From IMG/VR virus record IMGVR_UViG_3300034109_000966, positions 1-57,952 of that record: DNA of 57,952 bases. The stretch is one strand, 5' to 3'. The translations under genes and the position numbers were made by a program. Of this stretch, positions 16,512 through 25,027 are shown piece by piece; within the stretch, counting starts at the first letter, position 1; each line of letters opens with the position of its first letter. The notes below the pieces were generated by a model. The model saw nothing but the letters and a program-made list of their open reading frames with translations. It did not search any database and was not told the DNA's origin. Source of the DNA: a virus (taxonomy: Duplodnaviria; Caudoviricetes).

Positions 16512-17096
16512 ATGCGCTCTGACGCGCTCTCCGCGCTGATCCGGAAGCGGTTCGCTGTGCTCTTTGAGCTCGGCGACCGCTCCAAGTACCCGGGCGGGAA
16601 GTATCCGAGCGAAGAAGGCGGATCAGAGAGCTCGGGCGCTAAGGCTGCTCCACTTCCTGGCGATGACGATTTCGACTACGACGCCGACGACGCCTACGAT
16701 GAGGCGATGGCGAAAGAAGACGACAGGGATAACGCTCGTCGTCAGTCTGAGCGCGACGAAATCGCTCGCACGGAGAAGCACTACGCAGAGAAGCGAGCCA
16801 AGCTCGACAAAGACGAATCCGGAGAGACGGACGTCGAGAACGCGCTTCGAGATGGGCAGTCACGCGAAGAATTCTTGAGCGCGGTCACCGCAAACAGGCG
16901 TTTCTCCAGTATTTCAGACACGCTGCAGTCACGCGGCTACAAGTCCGGGAAGCCGAAGACCGTGCGTAACGCGACCACGGCGATCTTCAAGAAGAAGGGC
17001 AGCGACGATGTGTCGGTGCAAGTCATCTCTCCGAGCCCGCTCGACGCCAGCCGTGGGCAGCACTCGACCATCGTTCGTACGACAGTGATGAAGTAG
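16512..17096 (+). CDS. GDRSKYP-tagged protein of unknown function inserted in the tail operon
   Basis: LFELGDRSKYPGGKYPSEE near the N terminus; acidic/charged middle; small basic C-terminal domain. Confidence 0.75.
   Translation: MRSDALSALIRKRFAVLFELGDRSKYPGGKYPSEEGGSESSGAKAAPLPGDDDFDYDADDAYDEAMAKEDDRDNARRQSERDEIARTEKHYAEKRAKLDKDESGETDVENALRDGQSREEFLSAVTANRRFSSISDTLQSRGYKSGKPKTVRNATTAIFKKKGSDDVSVQVISPSPLDASRGQHSTIVRTTVMK
16563..16613 (+). repeat. Tag peptide copy 7: FELGDRSKYPGGKYPSE
   Basis: Direct translation. Confidence 0.95.
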
Positions 17097-17103
17097 ACAC
17101 GAC

Positions 17104-17502
17104 ATGAGCGCATTGCTTCCAGCCTCCACGATCACGACGGCCGCCACGACAGTGGGTCCGACCGCGCGCATCCCCGACTGGGCGACGTACTTGTTGCTTG
17201 AGGGCCGGCTGACGTACGGGTCAGGCGGCACGTCGGTGAAGGCGTATGTGCAGACGCGTGTGACGGGCGGCACCTGGCGCGACATCGCGTGCTTCGCTTT
17301 CACGACGGCGTCGGCGTCGAAGTTCAGCGCGGTGCTGTCCCGCATCGCGCTGGCCGCGGCGACCGCCGTCTCGGATGGGGCGCTCGCGGACGACACGATT
17401 CTGAACGGATTCCTCGGCGACGATCTTCGGGTGAAGTTCGTCTCGGTGGGCACGTACGCTGGTGGCACCACGCTCGCGGTCGATGTGAAGTATCGGCGGT
17501 AG
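17104..17502 (+). CDS. Hypothetical virion protein (beta-rich)
   Basis: YGSGGTSVKAYVQT..GG.W.DIACFAFTTAS; structural operon context. Confidence 0.65.
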   Translation: MSALLPASTITTAATTVGPTARIPDWATYLLLEGRLTYGSGGTSVKAYVQTRVTGGTWRDIACFAFTTASASKFSAVLSRIALAAATAVSDGALADDTILNGFLGDDLRVKFVSVGTYAGGTTLAVDVKYRR

Positions 17503-17567
17503 TCCTGAGCAGCCCGGCTCTTTCCGGGCATTCCGGTTGTTGCGACGCCGGATAAAGGAGATAGACC

Positions 17568-17930
17568 ATGGGTGTGACGAACAAGCAGCGCGGTCGGCAG
17601 ATTTTCTCGGGCGGTGTGACCCCGAACGTCCGCGTGGCGTCGGCCGACGGCGCGGTGAACCCGAACGTCGACGGACTGATCCCAATCACAAAGGCTGGCG
17701 TCTGCGCCATGACCCTGGCCGCGCCGGCGCGCGACGGCATCGAGCTCGAGTTCATCTCGCGGACGGCCAACGCGCACACGATCACGGCGACGGGCCTGAT
17801 CGACGACGGCGTCACGGGCGGCTCGAAGACGACGGCGACGTTCGCCGCGTTCGCCGGGGCGTCGTGCGCCTTCCGCAGCTACGGTGGGAAGTGGAACACC
17901 GTGTCGCTGAAGGCTGTGACTGTCTCCTAG
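17568..17930 (+). CDS. Hypothetical virion protein
   Basis: AAGGAG RBS; ITKAGVCAMTLAAP, AHTITATG. Confidence 0.65.
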   Translation: MGVTNKQRGRQIFSGGVTPNVRVASADGAVNPNVDGLIPITKAGVCAMTLAAPARDGIELEFISRTANAHTITATGLIDDGVTGGSKTTATFAAFAGASCAFRSYGGKWNTVSLKAVTVS

Positions 17931-17932
17931 TC

Positions 17933-18109
17933 ATGACGAGCCCACGCGAGTGGTGGCACGCGCACGACCACCCCGTCTGGGGGCTGGCGAAGCTGGTGGT
18001 CATCGCCTGTGCGGCGGTGGGTATCAGCTACGTGAACTCGTCGAGTTTCGACATGGGTGAGGTCATCACGGCCCTCGGGTCCGTGACTGTGACGAAGCTG
18101 CTCAGCTAG
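17933..18109 (+). CDS. Small membrane protein
   Basis: Hydrophobic segment LAKLVVIACAAVGISYV. Confidence 0.5.
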   Translation: MTSPREWWHAHDHPVWGLAKLVVIACAAVGISYVNSSSFDMGEVITALGSVTVTKLLS

Positions 18110-18239
18110 TCGGCGCGTTGCTGGGAACGGAATGTCCGACGGGGAAGACCGGGCCGGCTGAGATGCTGCCGCGCCCAATCGGTGGACCTGTTGTTCCGGG
18201 ATGAATCGCCGGGTGTTCCGATGCTAAAGCGCCGGGTAG

Positions 18240-18276
18240 AGCGCCACTCCTTTCGAGGGGGTGGCGCTAGTTTTTT
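18240..18276 (+). terminator. Intrinsic terminator
   Basis: AGCGCCACTCC / GGGGTGGCGCT stem followed by AGTTTTTT. Confidence 0.85.
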
Positions 18277-18317
18277 GGGCCACTTGTTACTGTAGAATGT
18301 TATCTTAGAGTGGCAAC

Positions 18318-18746
18318 GTGGAAATCACAGAAGAAGTCGTCTATCTTCGTGGCAAGGTCGCAGAACTTTCGGCTCTGGTTGTAGAGCTCCTAAAGTCGAA
18401 CACGGACATGCTCGAAGAATCTCGTCGGTTAGGCCGCGGGATTGGCAAAGTCTATCGGTGCAAATGCGGCCAGGCGTCTCGTGGACGTGGCCAGAGCTAC
18501 TGCAAGTCATGTCATGCGGCGTATATCCGGGCGTACCGTCGTCGTGTTCCGTTGACGCCAGATCAGAAGAAGAAGTCGACCTGCCGCGCGTACACGAAGG
18601 TTCTACAGTCTCGCGGTGTGCTCCCGGCTGGAGTCTGTGAAGGATGCGGCGACCCTCGGGCGCAGAACCACCACCACTGGGGGTACGACAAGCCGCGGTG
18701 GTTCATCCGCTTTTGCAAGGCATGCCACCGAGCGGTCCATGGCTGA
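18318..18746 (+). CDS. HNH-like zinc-finger protein
   Basis: CEGCG...HHHWGYDKP....FCKACH; TAGAGT -10 box 6 nt before the GTG. Confidence 0.65.
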   Translation: MEITEEVVYLRGKVAELSALVVELLKSNTDMLEESRRLGRGIGKVYRCKCGQASRGRGQSYCKSCHAAYIRAYRRRVPLTPDQKKKSTCRAYTKVLQSRGVLPAGVCEGCGDPRAQNHHHWGYDKPRWFIRFCKACHRAVHG

Positions 18747-19353
18747 CCGCCCGTACGTGTTTCGAAACGGTGTGCCGATGCAGGCGCCAGAGGGCTACGC
18801 TCTCACGCCAGCACACCAGGCGTTCGTCCGAAAGATGTCCGACGCAGAGACGTTCGCGGCGGCGGTCGAGGCGCTGGAACAGGCGCCGCTAGACGCGTGG
18901 GCCTCGGCGGACCTCCTGACGGGTGCTCCGTGGGCGCGGCGGTACCTGACGAGCATGGCGCTGCTGTGGGCCCGCGGGAAAGAAGGGCGCCGCTTGTCCC
19001 AGCGCGGTGTCCGGGCCCTCCTGACGGCCCTGTCGGGACGCCGGCCCCGTGTCGGGCGGAAGGGCGCGGCGCCGCTCACGCCGGACGAACTCGTCGAGGC
19101 GACGGAATGCCTAGTGCGCTGGCGTTCGGTCGTGCACGCCGCCTGGGACGGCCCACGAGAGGCGATGTTCGACGTCCTGCGGCTAGAGGCCGTGAAGCGC
19201 TTCGACCTCTCTGAGGCCCATCGTCGCCAGCTGCGCGCGCTCCTGTACCGGAAGTCGACGCGCCGGCACCACGTCGCGTTGGCGCTCGCCTCGTGGGAGT
19301 TCGGCCGGTCGGTGCGTGCCGCGGCCGAAGTGGCAGATGTGGTGTACGGTTAA
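18739..19353 (+). CDS. Hypothetical protein
   Basis: ATG overlapping the end of the upstream gene. Confidence 0.55.
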   Translation: MADRPYVFRNGVPMQAPEGYALTPAHQAFVRKMSDAETFAAAVEALEQAPLDAWASADLLTGAPWARRYLTSMALLWARGKEGRRLSQRGVRALLTALSGRRPRVGRKGAAPLTPDELVEATECLVRWRSVVHAAWDGPREAMFDVLRLEAVKRFDLSEAHRRQLRALLYRKSTRRHHVALALASWEFGRSVRAAAEVADVVYG

Positions 19354-19408
19354 TCGCGTGCGGTGTTAGAAGTACTCGGTTCGTTGTCAGAATGGTGGAG
19401 GAGTGTCT

Positions 19409-19924
19409 ATGGCGAAGCGGTTGTCAGCGCGGGAAGTCAACGAGAAGAACACGGTCGAGGTCGATCTGGGCGACGGCACGTCGGTCCTGGCGCGGAAGCG
19501 CTCGATGGACGACTTGCTGTTCGAAGGGAAGCTGAAGATGCCGCTCCTGCTGGCCGTGCAGCGGATGGTCGGACTCGGCGAGAAGGCGTCGCTGATGGAC
19601 CGGGTGCAGGCGCTCGGGCCGCAGGGCGAGGAACTGGCGCAGGTGCTGCGGCAGCATGCGGTCGACGTCGTGCTGGACCCGAAGATGACGACCGAGAAGG
19701 TCTCGGAGCACCCAGACATCCTGTCGGCGTGGGACGTGGCCCTGCCGAAGCTGATGCTGATCTGGTCGGCGACCGTCACGAGTCCAAAGGTGGTGGCCGA
19801 CGCGGCGGATCGATTTCGTCGAGGAGCACGTGCACACGCTGCTCCTGCTGCACCAGCTGGGAAGCGCGTACGGAAGGCCGCCAAGCAGCTGGATCGTAAG
19901 CGCGTCGAGTTCGCTGGCCGCTGA
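19409..19924 (+). CDS. Tail assembly chaperone (G-like)
   Basis: GGAGGAG RBS; lies just upstream of the tape measure gene; internal DRFRR motif. Confidence 0.7.
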   Translation: MAKRLSAREVNEKNTVEVDLGDGTSVLARKRSMDDLLFEGKLKMPLLLAVQRMVGLGEKASLMDRVQALGPQGEELAQVLRQHAVDVVLDPKMTTEKVSEHPDILSAWDVALPKLMLIWSATVTSPKVVADAADRFRRGARAHAAPAAPAGKRVRKAAKQLDRKRVEFAGR

Positions 19925-20054
19925 CCGCGAATTCGCGCTCGACCTCGACGCCGCTTGCTTGACGCTGGGCCTCGACGCGGCCAAGCGTGCGAAGGAACAG
20001 CGGGACGCCCAGCGCGGAAGTTCGTCGTCGTACACGAAGACTTTCGGGAGCTAA
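19815..20054 (+). CDS. Tail assembly chaperone GT-like extension (+1 frame)
   Basis: Overlapping frame with no good start; G..YG.PPS.W...A..LD.A pattern; ends 6 nt before the tape measure ATG. Confidence 0.6.
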   Translation, partial: FVEEHVHTLLLLHQLGSAYGRPPSSWIVSASSSLAADREFALDLDAACLTLGLDAAKRAKEQRDAQRGSSSSYTKTFGS

Positions 20055-20060
20055 CGACCG

Positions 20061-23000
20061 ATGGGCGACAACGAAGTTCTGATCAAGGTCGCGGCGGACA
20101 TTGCGTCCGCCGTGGCCGCGTTGTCGCAGGTGTCGGGCCAGCTGAATGATCTGCTCGCCGGCGTCGCCGGCATGCAGGAACAGACCGAAGAAACAGAAGT
20201 CGCGACGAAGTCGTTCTGGGAGACGTGGGTCACCGGGGCGCAAGGCGGCACGACCGCGAGCGTCCTGTGGGGCGAGCAGCTGTCGAAGTCCGTCGACATC
20301 CTGAAGTCCGGCCTGTACGACCTGGCGATGTCGTTCCCGAACTCGGTGAGTCAGGCGGCGAATCTGGGCGATGAGCTCTTCACGATGAGCAATCGCATCG
20401 GCGTCAGCGTCGAGGCGCTTGGAGAACTCCGCTACATCGCGTCCCAGACCGGGGCGCCGCTGGAAGCGATGGGGCGCACGATCTTCGACCTCGTGCGGAA
20501 TCTGTCCGAGGGGAGCGACGACTTCGTCAAGGCCATCCAGAAGCTCGGCTTCACGCTGGAACAGCTTCGGGCGATGAGGCCAGAAGACGCGTACTTCGCT
20601 ATCCTGAAGGCCATCCAAGAGACGGTGCCGGTCTCGGACCGTGCTGCGGTCGCGATCGAGATTTTCGGCAGCAAGTTCCGCACGCAGTCGATGCTGCTGA
20701 ACGAGGACATCAGCGACATCCGTGACCGCTTCAAGGAGCTCGAGCTCGGCATCAGTAAGGAGTTCGCGGAAGCAGGCGACAAGTTCAACGACGCGCTCGA
20801 CGACATCCGGAAGACCCAGGAAAAGTGGACCAACGACATGGCGCTGAAGGTGCTGCCCACGTTGACGACCTTCTTGGAGTATCTGCCGGTGGTCGGCGGC
20901 GCTGTGCTGAACCTAGTCGACGGCCTGGAGTCGTTCGCCATGTCGTTCGTGCCGCTCGCGGCGAATATCGCGACGATCAAGAGCGCGAACATGCTCGGCT
21001 GGGTCACCACGCTGGGCAACACGATCCCGGTCCTGACCGCGCGCATCTGGCTGCTCGAAGCCTCGGAGAAGGCGCTGGCGCTTGCGACCTGGGCCGCCGG
21101 CACCGCGTTCGCGTCGCTGGCTGTCGGTCTCGCGGCCGTGACGGCAGCGGTCACGATCCTGTACCAGGCGTGGAAGTGGTGGGAAGAAGCGTCGGCGCGT
21201 TCATCGGCCGCGGAACGCCAGGCCGTCATCGACAAGTCGAACCTGGAACGCATCAACAAGCGTCTCGGCACGAGCTACACGTCGCTCGCCGAAGCCGTGG
21301 CGGCGTACAACAAGCAACAGAAGGACAATCCGCCGGCGAAGCAGGACCCGTACGCGAAGCAGGCCGCAGACCTGTTGGCGGCGAAGACCCGCCTGAACGA
21401 ACTCAGTGCGTCCCAGAAGGCGGCGATTGTTACCGCGCTGGAGTACAGGAACGCGTCCGACGTGTCGAAGGAGTTCAACGTCAGCGAACTCGCGCTGAAG
21501 CTCCTGACGAAGGAAGTGAAGTCGCACGCCGACGCGACCAAAGAAGCTCGGGAGTTCCAGCAGAAGTTTCAGGAATCGGTCGAAGAGAACCGCCTCAAGT
21601 CCATCGAAGCGTCGAAGGAATTGAGTGCGTACATCAAAAAGACGAATCAGGACCTCGTCAACAGCGCGGCGAAGCTGTCGGACGTCTCGCGGTATCTCGA
21701 AGATCGCTACACGAAGCCGATCGCGGATGCGGTGCTTCGCACGACGAAGAACATCTCGGAGATGAATCAGGCGCTCATCATCGACCAGATGACGGGCATC
21801 GAGAAGCGCTTCGAACTGATCAACCGCGCTGAAGCCGCTGAGATCGAAGCCGTGCGTTCGACCGTCGGGATCAGTGATGTGCTTCGCAAGCAGGAGCTCG
21901 ACGCGATCGCGAGGAAGTACGCGGATCAGCGCAAGTTGGCCTTGAAGTACACCGGCGATGTGAAGCGTGACGCGGAAATGCGCGGGATCGAGTTGAAGCA
22001 AGAGCTCTTGGTCGAGTACGCGACCGAGAAGCAAGTGCTTGCCGACATGTTGAAGAACCGTGAAATGTTCACGGACGACGCGATCAAGCAGCAGAAGCGC
22101 ATCGTCGACGGAGCGAAGAAGGCGGCCGGCGAAGAGGGACTGTCGTTGGTCAAGATGTTCGAGACCGTGGCTGGTGTCGTTGACCAGACCTCGGCCTCGC
22201 TCGCGCGCTTGGGTGACGTGAGCGGCAATGAGACGCTCGGCAAGTTCGCGAAGGGATACCAGAAGGCGTCGCAGTACATCAAGGACGGTGCGGCCGCGGC
22301 GAAGGCGTGGGCCTCAGGCGATTACCTTTCTGCGGTGATTCAGTCGATCAACCTCGCCATCAACCTGATGGGCGACTTGTGGGACACGTTCACGAAGTCG
22401 CCTGGCGAGAAGCAGGCACGTGAAGTCGGCCGAGATTTCGGCGTCGCGATCTCCGAGGCCATGGGCGACACGATCGCGGCGGAAGCCGAGAAGCTGTTCG
22501 GCGGCGATCGGTTTGCGGCCTCGATCTACAAGATGGCCGACATCATCAAGGAGGCCGGCGGCGTCACGGAGAAGAACTTCTCGCAGATGCTGGGCCGTCT
22601 CCGCGATGTCTTCTCGATGATTGAGACGGGCAAGTTCACGGTCGAGCAGGCGACGCAGGTCCTGAACGAGAACTTCGACGCGTTCGCGGCGCATGTCGCC
22701 AACAGCAAGACGATTGTCGACCAGTCGTTCCAAGAAATCTTCGAACTCAATGCGCGCTTTGGCACGGAGAGCGAGAAGATCGCGGCGTTCCTTGAGCGCC
22801 AGACGGCGGTGATCGGTGCGGGTCTGTCGGCGCAGTTGAACGCAGCGAACGGCACGTATCAGGGTCTCGCGGAGCGCGTCTCGAAAGCCAAGGATGAAGT
22901 CGAGAAGCTGACGAAGGCTCAGGCGGATGGGAAGGACGTCTCGCGGGAGCTCGCGAAGGCGCAGGCCGACCTCGCGCAGGCGCTGTCGCTCCAGAAGGAC

Positions 23001-24254
23001 GGCGCCGCCGGCGTCGCTGACGATCTCGACCGCGTCGGTCGCCTGGCGGTCGCGTCGTTCAACGCAGCGATTGCGAAGGGCGCAGACTGGGTGACGGCGA
23101 TCGGCGCGATCGGCCCAGCGTTGAAGTCGATCACGACGCTGCAGGAGAACCTCGGCATCGTGTCGAACGATGCGGCAGTGAACGAGCTTCTTCGCTACCA
23201 GCGTCTGACGGAAGAACACAAAGGACTGTTCGAAGCCGCGTCCGGCCTCAATCAAGTTATGGTCGCGATGTCGTCGATCGGCGCTCTAAACGTAGAGACC
23301 CTTGCTGACCTCGAGGCGCAGGGCTTGGACACGTTCGAGCAGCTGACGGCGGCTGGTCTGTCAGAACAGCAGGCGTTGATGCAGATGAAGGACTGGCTGG
23401 TGAACGTCGAGAAGGCCCACAAGGACCTCGGCATCCCGGTCGACGAGAACACGCAGAAGCTGCTCGACCAGGCGCGTGCGCAGGGCATCTTGAAGGATGA
23501 AGGCATGAGCACGAACGACATCCTGATCGAGGGCTTGCGGGCCCTGATCCAGGCGGTCGGTGGCGACGTGCCGGACGCGTTCAACAAGATGTCGCGTTCC
23601 GCGAAGGCCGCAGCGGAAGAGACAGGCACGTCGATCGAGGATCGTGTGCAGGACCCGATTGACGAAGTAGATGTGAAGCTCCGGGAAACCCAGTGGGCTG
23701 CTTACGCAGAGCGTGGGTCGTCGGCGTCTGACGACATCGCGGGTAGTCTTGGCATGCTCGACGACGGCTTCGGCGGAATCGCGCACCAGATTGAGACGAC
23801 GGACTGGAGCAGCTGGGCGCAAGAACTTGTTGAAGCCGCGGAAGAAGCGTCGTACGCCGTTGACGCGGTGTCTCTGGGCCACTCTCCCGGCGGCCTGAAG
23901 GAAATCCCGTTGAAGGTGAAGGACGCCGTGCGGTCTTTCCGGGACTTCGAGCGCTACGGTGTGGCTGCAGCGGAGGCCGTCGGACGTGAAGTGGACGCCC
24001 TGTCTGCGGCCAGCGTGGGCATCTCGTCAGCGTCGAATAACGCGGTCGCTCGGGCGTCGGAAGAGAAGGACCGTCAGACTGTCGTGAACACTGAGTTGGT
24101 GAACGAACTCACGCTGATGCTCGAAGTCGACCCTGCGTCGGGTGACATCAAGGCGCGAACGACCGAAGGTGAAGTGCTTCGCATCGTGCGTCGAGGCTTG
24201 TCTGAAGGTACGATTGCGGTTCCGGTCAGGTCGCTGACCTCTCGGGTGACATAG
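20061..24254 (+). CDS. Tape measure protein
   Basis: 1397 aa, Ala-rich and helical with a hydrophobic segment; HSPGG motif near the C terminus; synteny. Confidence 0.92.
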   Translation: MGDNEVLIKVAADIASAVAALSQVSGQLNDLLAGVAGMQEQTEETEVATKSFWETWVTGAQGGTTASVLWGEQLSKSVDILKSGLYDLAMSFPNSVSQAANLGDELFTMSNRIGVSVEALGELRYIASQTGAPLEAMGRTIFDLVRNLSEGSDDFVKAIQKLGFTLEQLRAMRPEDAYFAILKAIQETVPVSDRAAVAIEIFGSKFRTQSMLLNEDISDIRDRFKELELGISKEFAEAGDKFNDALDDIRKTQEKWTNDMALKVLPTLTTFLEYLPVVGGAVLNLVDGLESFAMSFVPLAANIATIKSANMLGWVTTLGNTIPVLTARIWLLEASEKALALATWAAGTAFASLAVGLAAVTAAVTILYQAWKWWEEASARSSAAERQAVIDKSNLERINKRLGTSYTSLAEAVAAYNKQQKDNPPAKQDPYAKQAADLLAAKTRLNELSASQKAAIVTALEYRNASDVSKEFNVSELALKLLTKEVKSHADATKEAREFQQKFQESVEENRLKSIEASKELSAYIKKTNQDLVNSAAKLSDVSRYLEDRYTKPIADAVLRTTKNISEMNQALIIDQMTGIEKRFELINRAEAAEIEAVRSTVGISDVLRKQELDAIARKYADQRKLALKYTGDVKRDAEMRGIELKQELLVEYATEKQVLADMLKNREMFTDDAIKQQKRIVDGAKKAAGEEGLSLVKMFETVAGVVDQTSASLARLGDVSGNETLGKFAKGYQKASQYIKDGAAAAKAWASGDYLSAVIQSINLAINLMGDLWDTFTKSPGEKQAREVGRDFGVAISEAMGDTIAAEAEKLFGGDRFAASIYKMADIIKEAGGVTEKNFSQMLGRLRDVFSMIETGKFTVEQATQVLNENFDAFAAHVANSKTIVDQSFQEIFELNARFGTESEKIAAFLERQTAVIGAGLSAQLNAANGTYQGLAERVSKAKDEVEKLTKAQADGKDVSRELAKAQADLAQALSLQKDGAAGVADDLDRVGRLAVASFNAAIAKGADWVTAIGAIGPALKSITTLQENLGIVSNDAAVNELLRYQRLTEEHKGLFEAASGLNQVMVAMSSIGALNVETLADLEAQGLDTFEQLTAAGLSEQQALMQMKDWLVNVEKAHKDLGIPVDENTQKLLDQARAQGILKDEGMSTNDILIEGLRALIQAVGGDVPDAFNKMSRSAKAAAEETGTSIEDRVQDPIDEVDVKLRETQWAAYAERGSSASDDIAGSLGMLDDGFGGIAHQIETTDWSSWAQELVEAAEEASYAVDAVSLGHSPGGLKEIPLKVKDAVRSFRDFERYGVAAAEAVGREVDALSAASVGISSASNNAVARASEEKDRQTVVNTELVNELTLMLEVDPASGDIKARTTEGEVLRIVRRGLSEGTIAVPVRSLTSRVT

Positions 24255-25027
24255 TGCCGAACATTCGCATTGGATACGTGAACCGCTGGACGACCGGCAC
24301 GCTGACGGCGTCGACAGCAGCGACGGGCCTGCCGGCCGAGGCTTCGCAGAATCCGGATCGCTCGTACGTGTGGCGCTCGACAGCGTCGACTGGCGCGGCG
24401 ACGTTGGACATCGACTTGGGCGCAGCGTCTCGACCCACGATGGTCGCTGTAGCGAACGTGAAGCTGGTCGGCACTGGCGTCCTGCGCCTGAACCAGCGGG
24501 GCATCAGCGGGTCGCCAGGCTCCGCGACGCTGGTGGCGACGTTGCCGACGCAGAACACGGAGACGTCGACGGCGGTTGTGTTCCTCCAAGTCGACCCAGC
24601 AGATTCGTTCCGGCACTGGCAGTTGGAGTGGACGAACCCTTCGGCGACGAGCGACTACGCGGAGCTCGGCTTCGCGTTCTTGGGCACGTACTTCGAACCC
24701 ACGCTGAACATCAAGTCTGGCTGGGAATCGGAACGCCCGGACCCCAGCGTTGAACGCGTGTCGCTGGGCCGCCAGAAGCAGTTCGCCGTGCGTCCGAAGT
24801 ACTTCCGTGGGTCGTTTGTCTGGGATGCCCTGAAGACGACGGACTTCGACACTTTGTCGTCGGTGTGGCACACCGTCGGCCGCACGACTCCGGTAGTGCT
24901 GTCGGTCGATGCGGAGAACGCAGCTTGGTCCACCTGGTTCGCGCGGCTGGTCGAAGCGCCACGCCGTCAGCATCGTCTGGCGTCGCGTCGTCACGGGTAC
25001 ACGCTGTCATGGGAAGAGGTGCTGTAG
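24254..25027 (+). CDS. Putative distal tail protein
   Basis: Directly follows the tape measure gene; ends in TLSWEEVL. Confidence 0.6.
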   Translation: MPNIRIGYVNRWTTGTLTASTAATGLPAEASQNPDRSYVWRSTASTGAATLDIDLGAASRPTMVAVANVKLVGTGVLRLNQRGISGSPGSATLVATLPTQNTETSTAVVFLQVDPADSFRHWQLEWTNPSATSDYAELGFAFLGTYFEPTLNIKSGWESERPDPSVERVSLGRQKQFAVRPKYFRGSFVWDALKTTDFDTLSSVWHTVGRTTPVVLSVDAENAAWSTWFARLVEAPRRQHRLASRRHGYTLSWEEVL

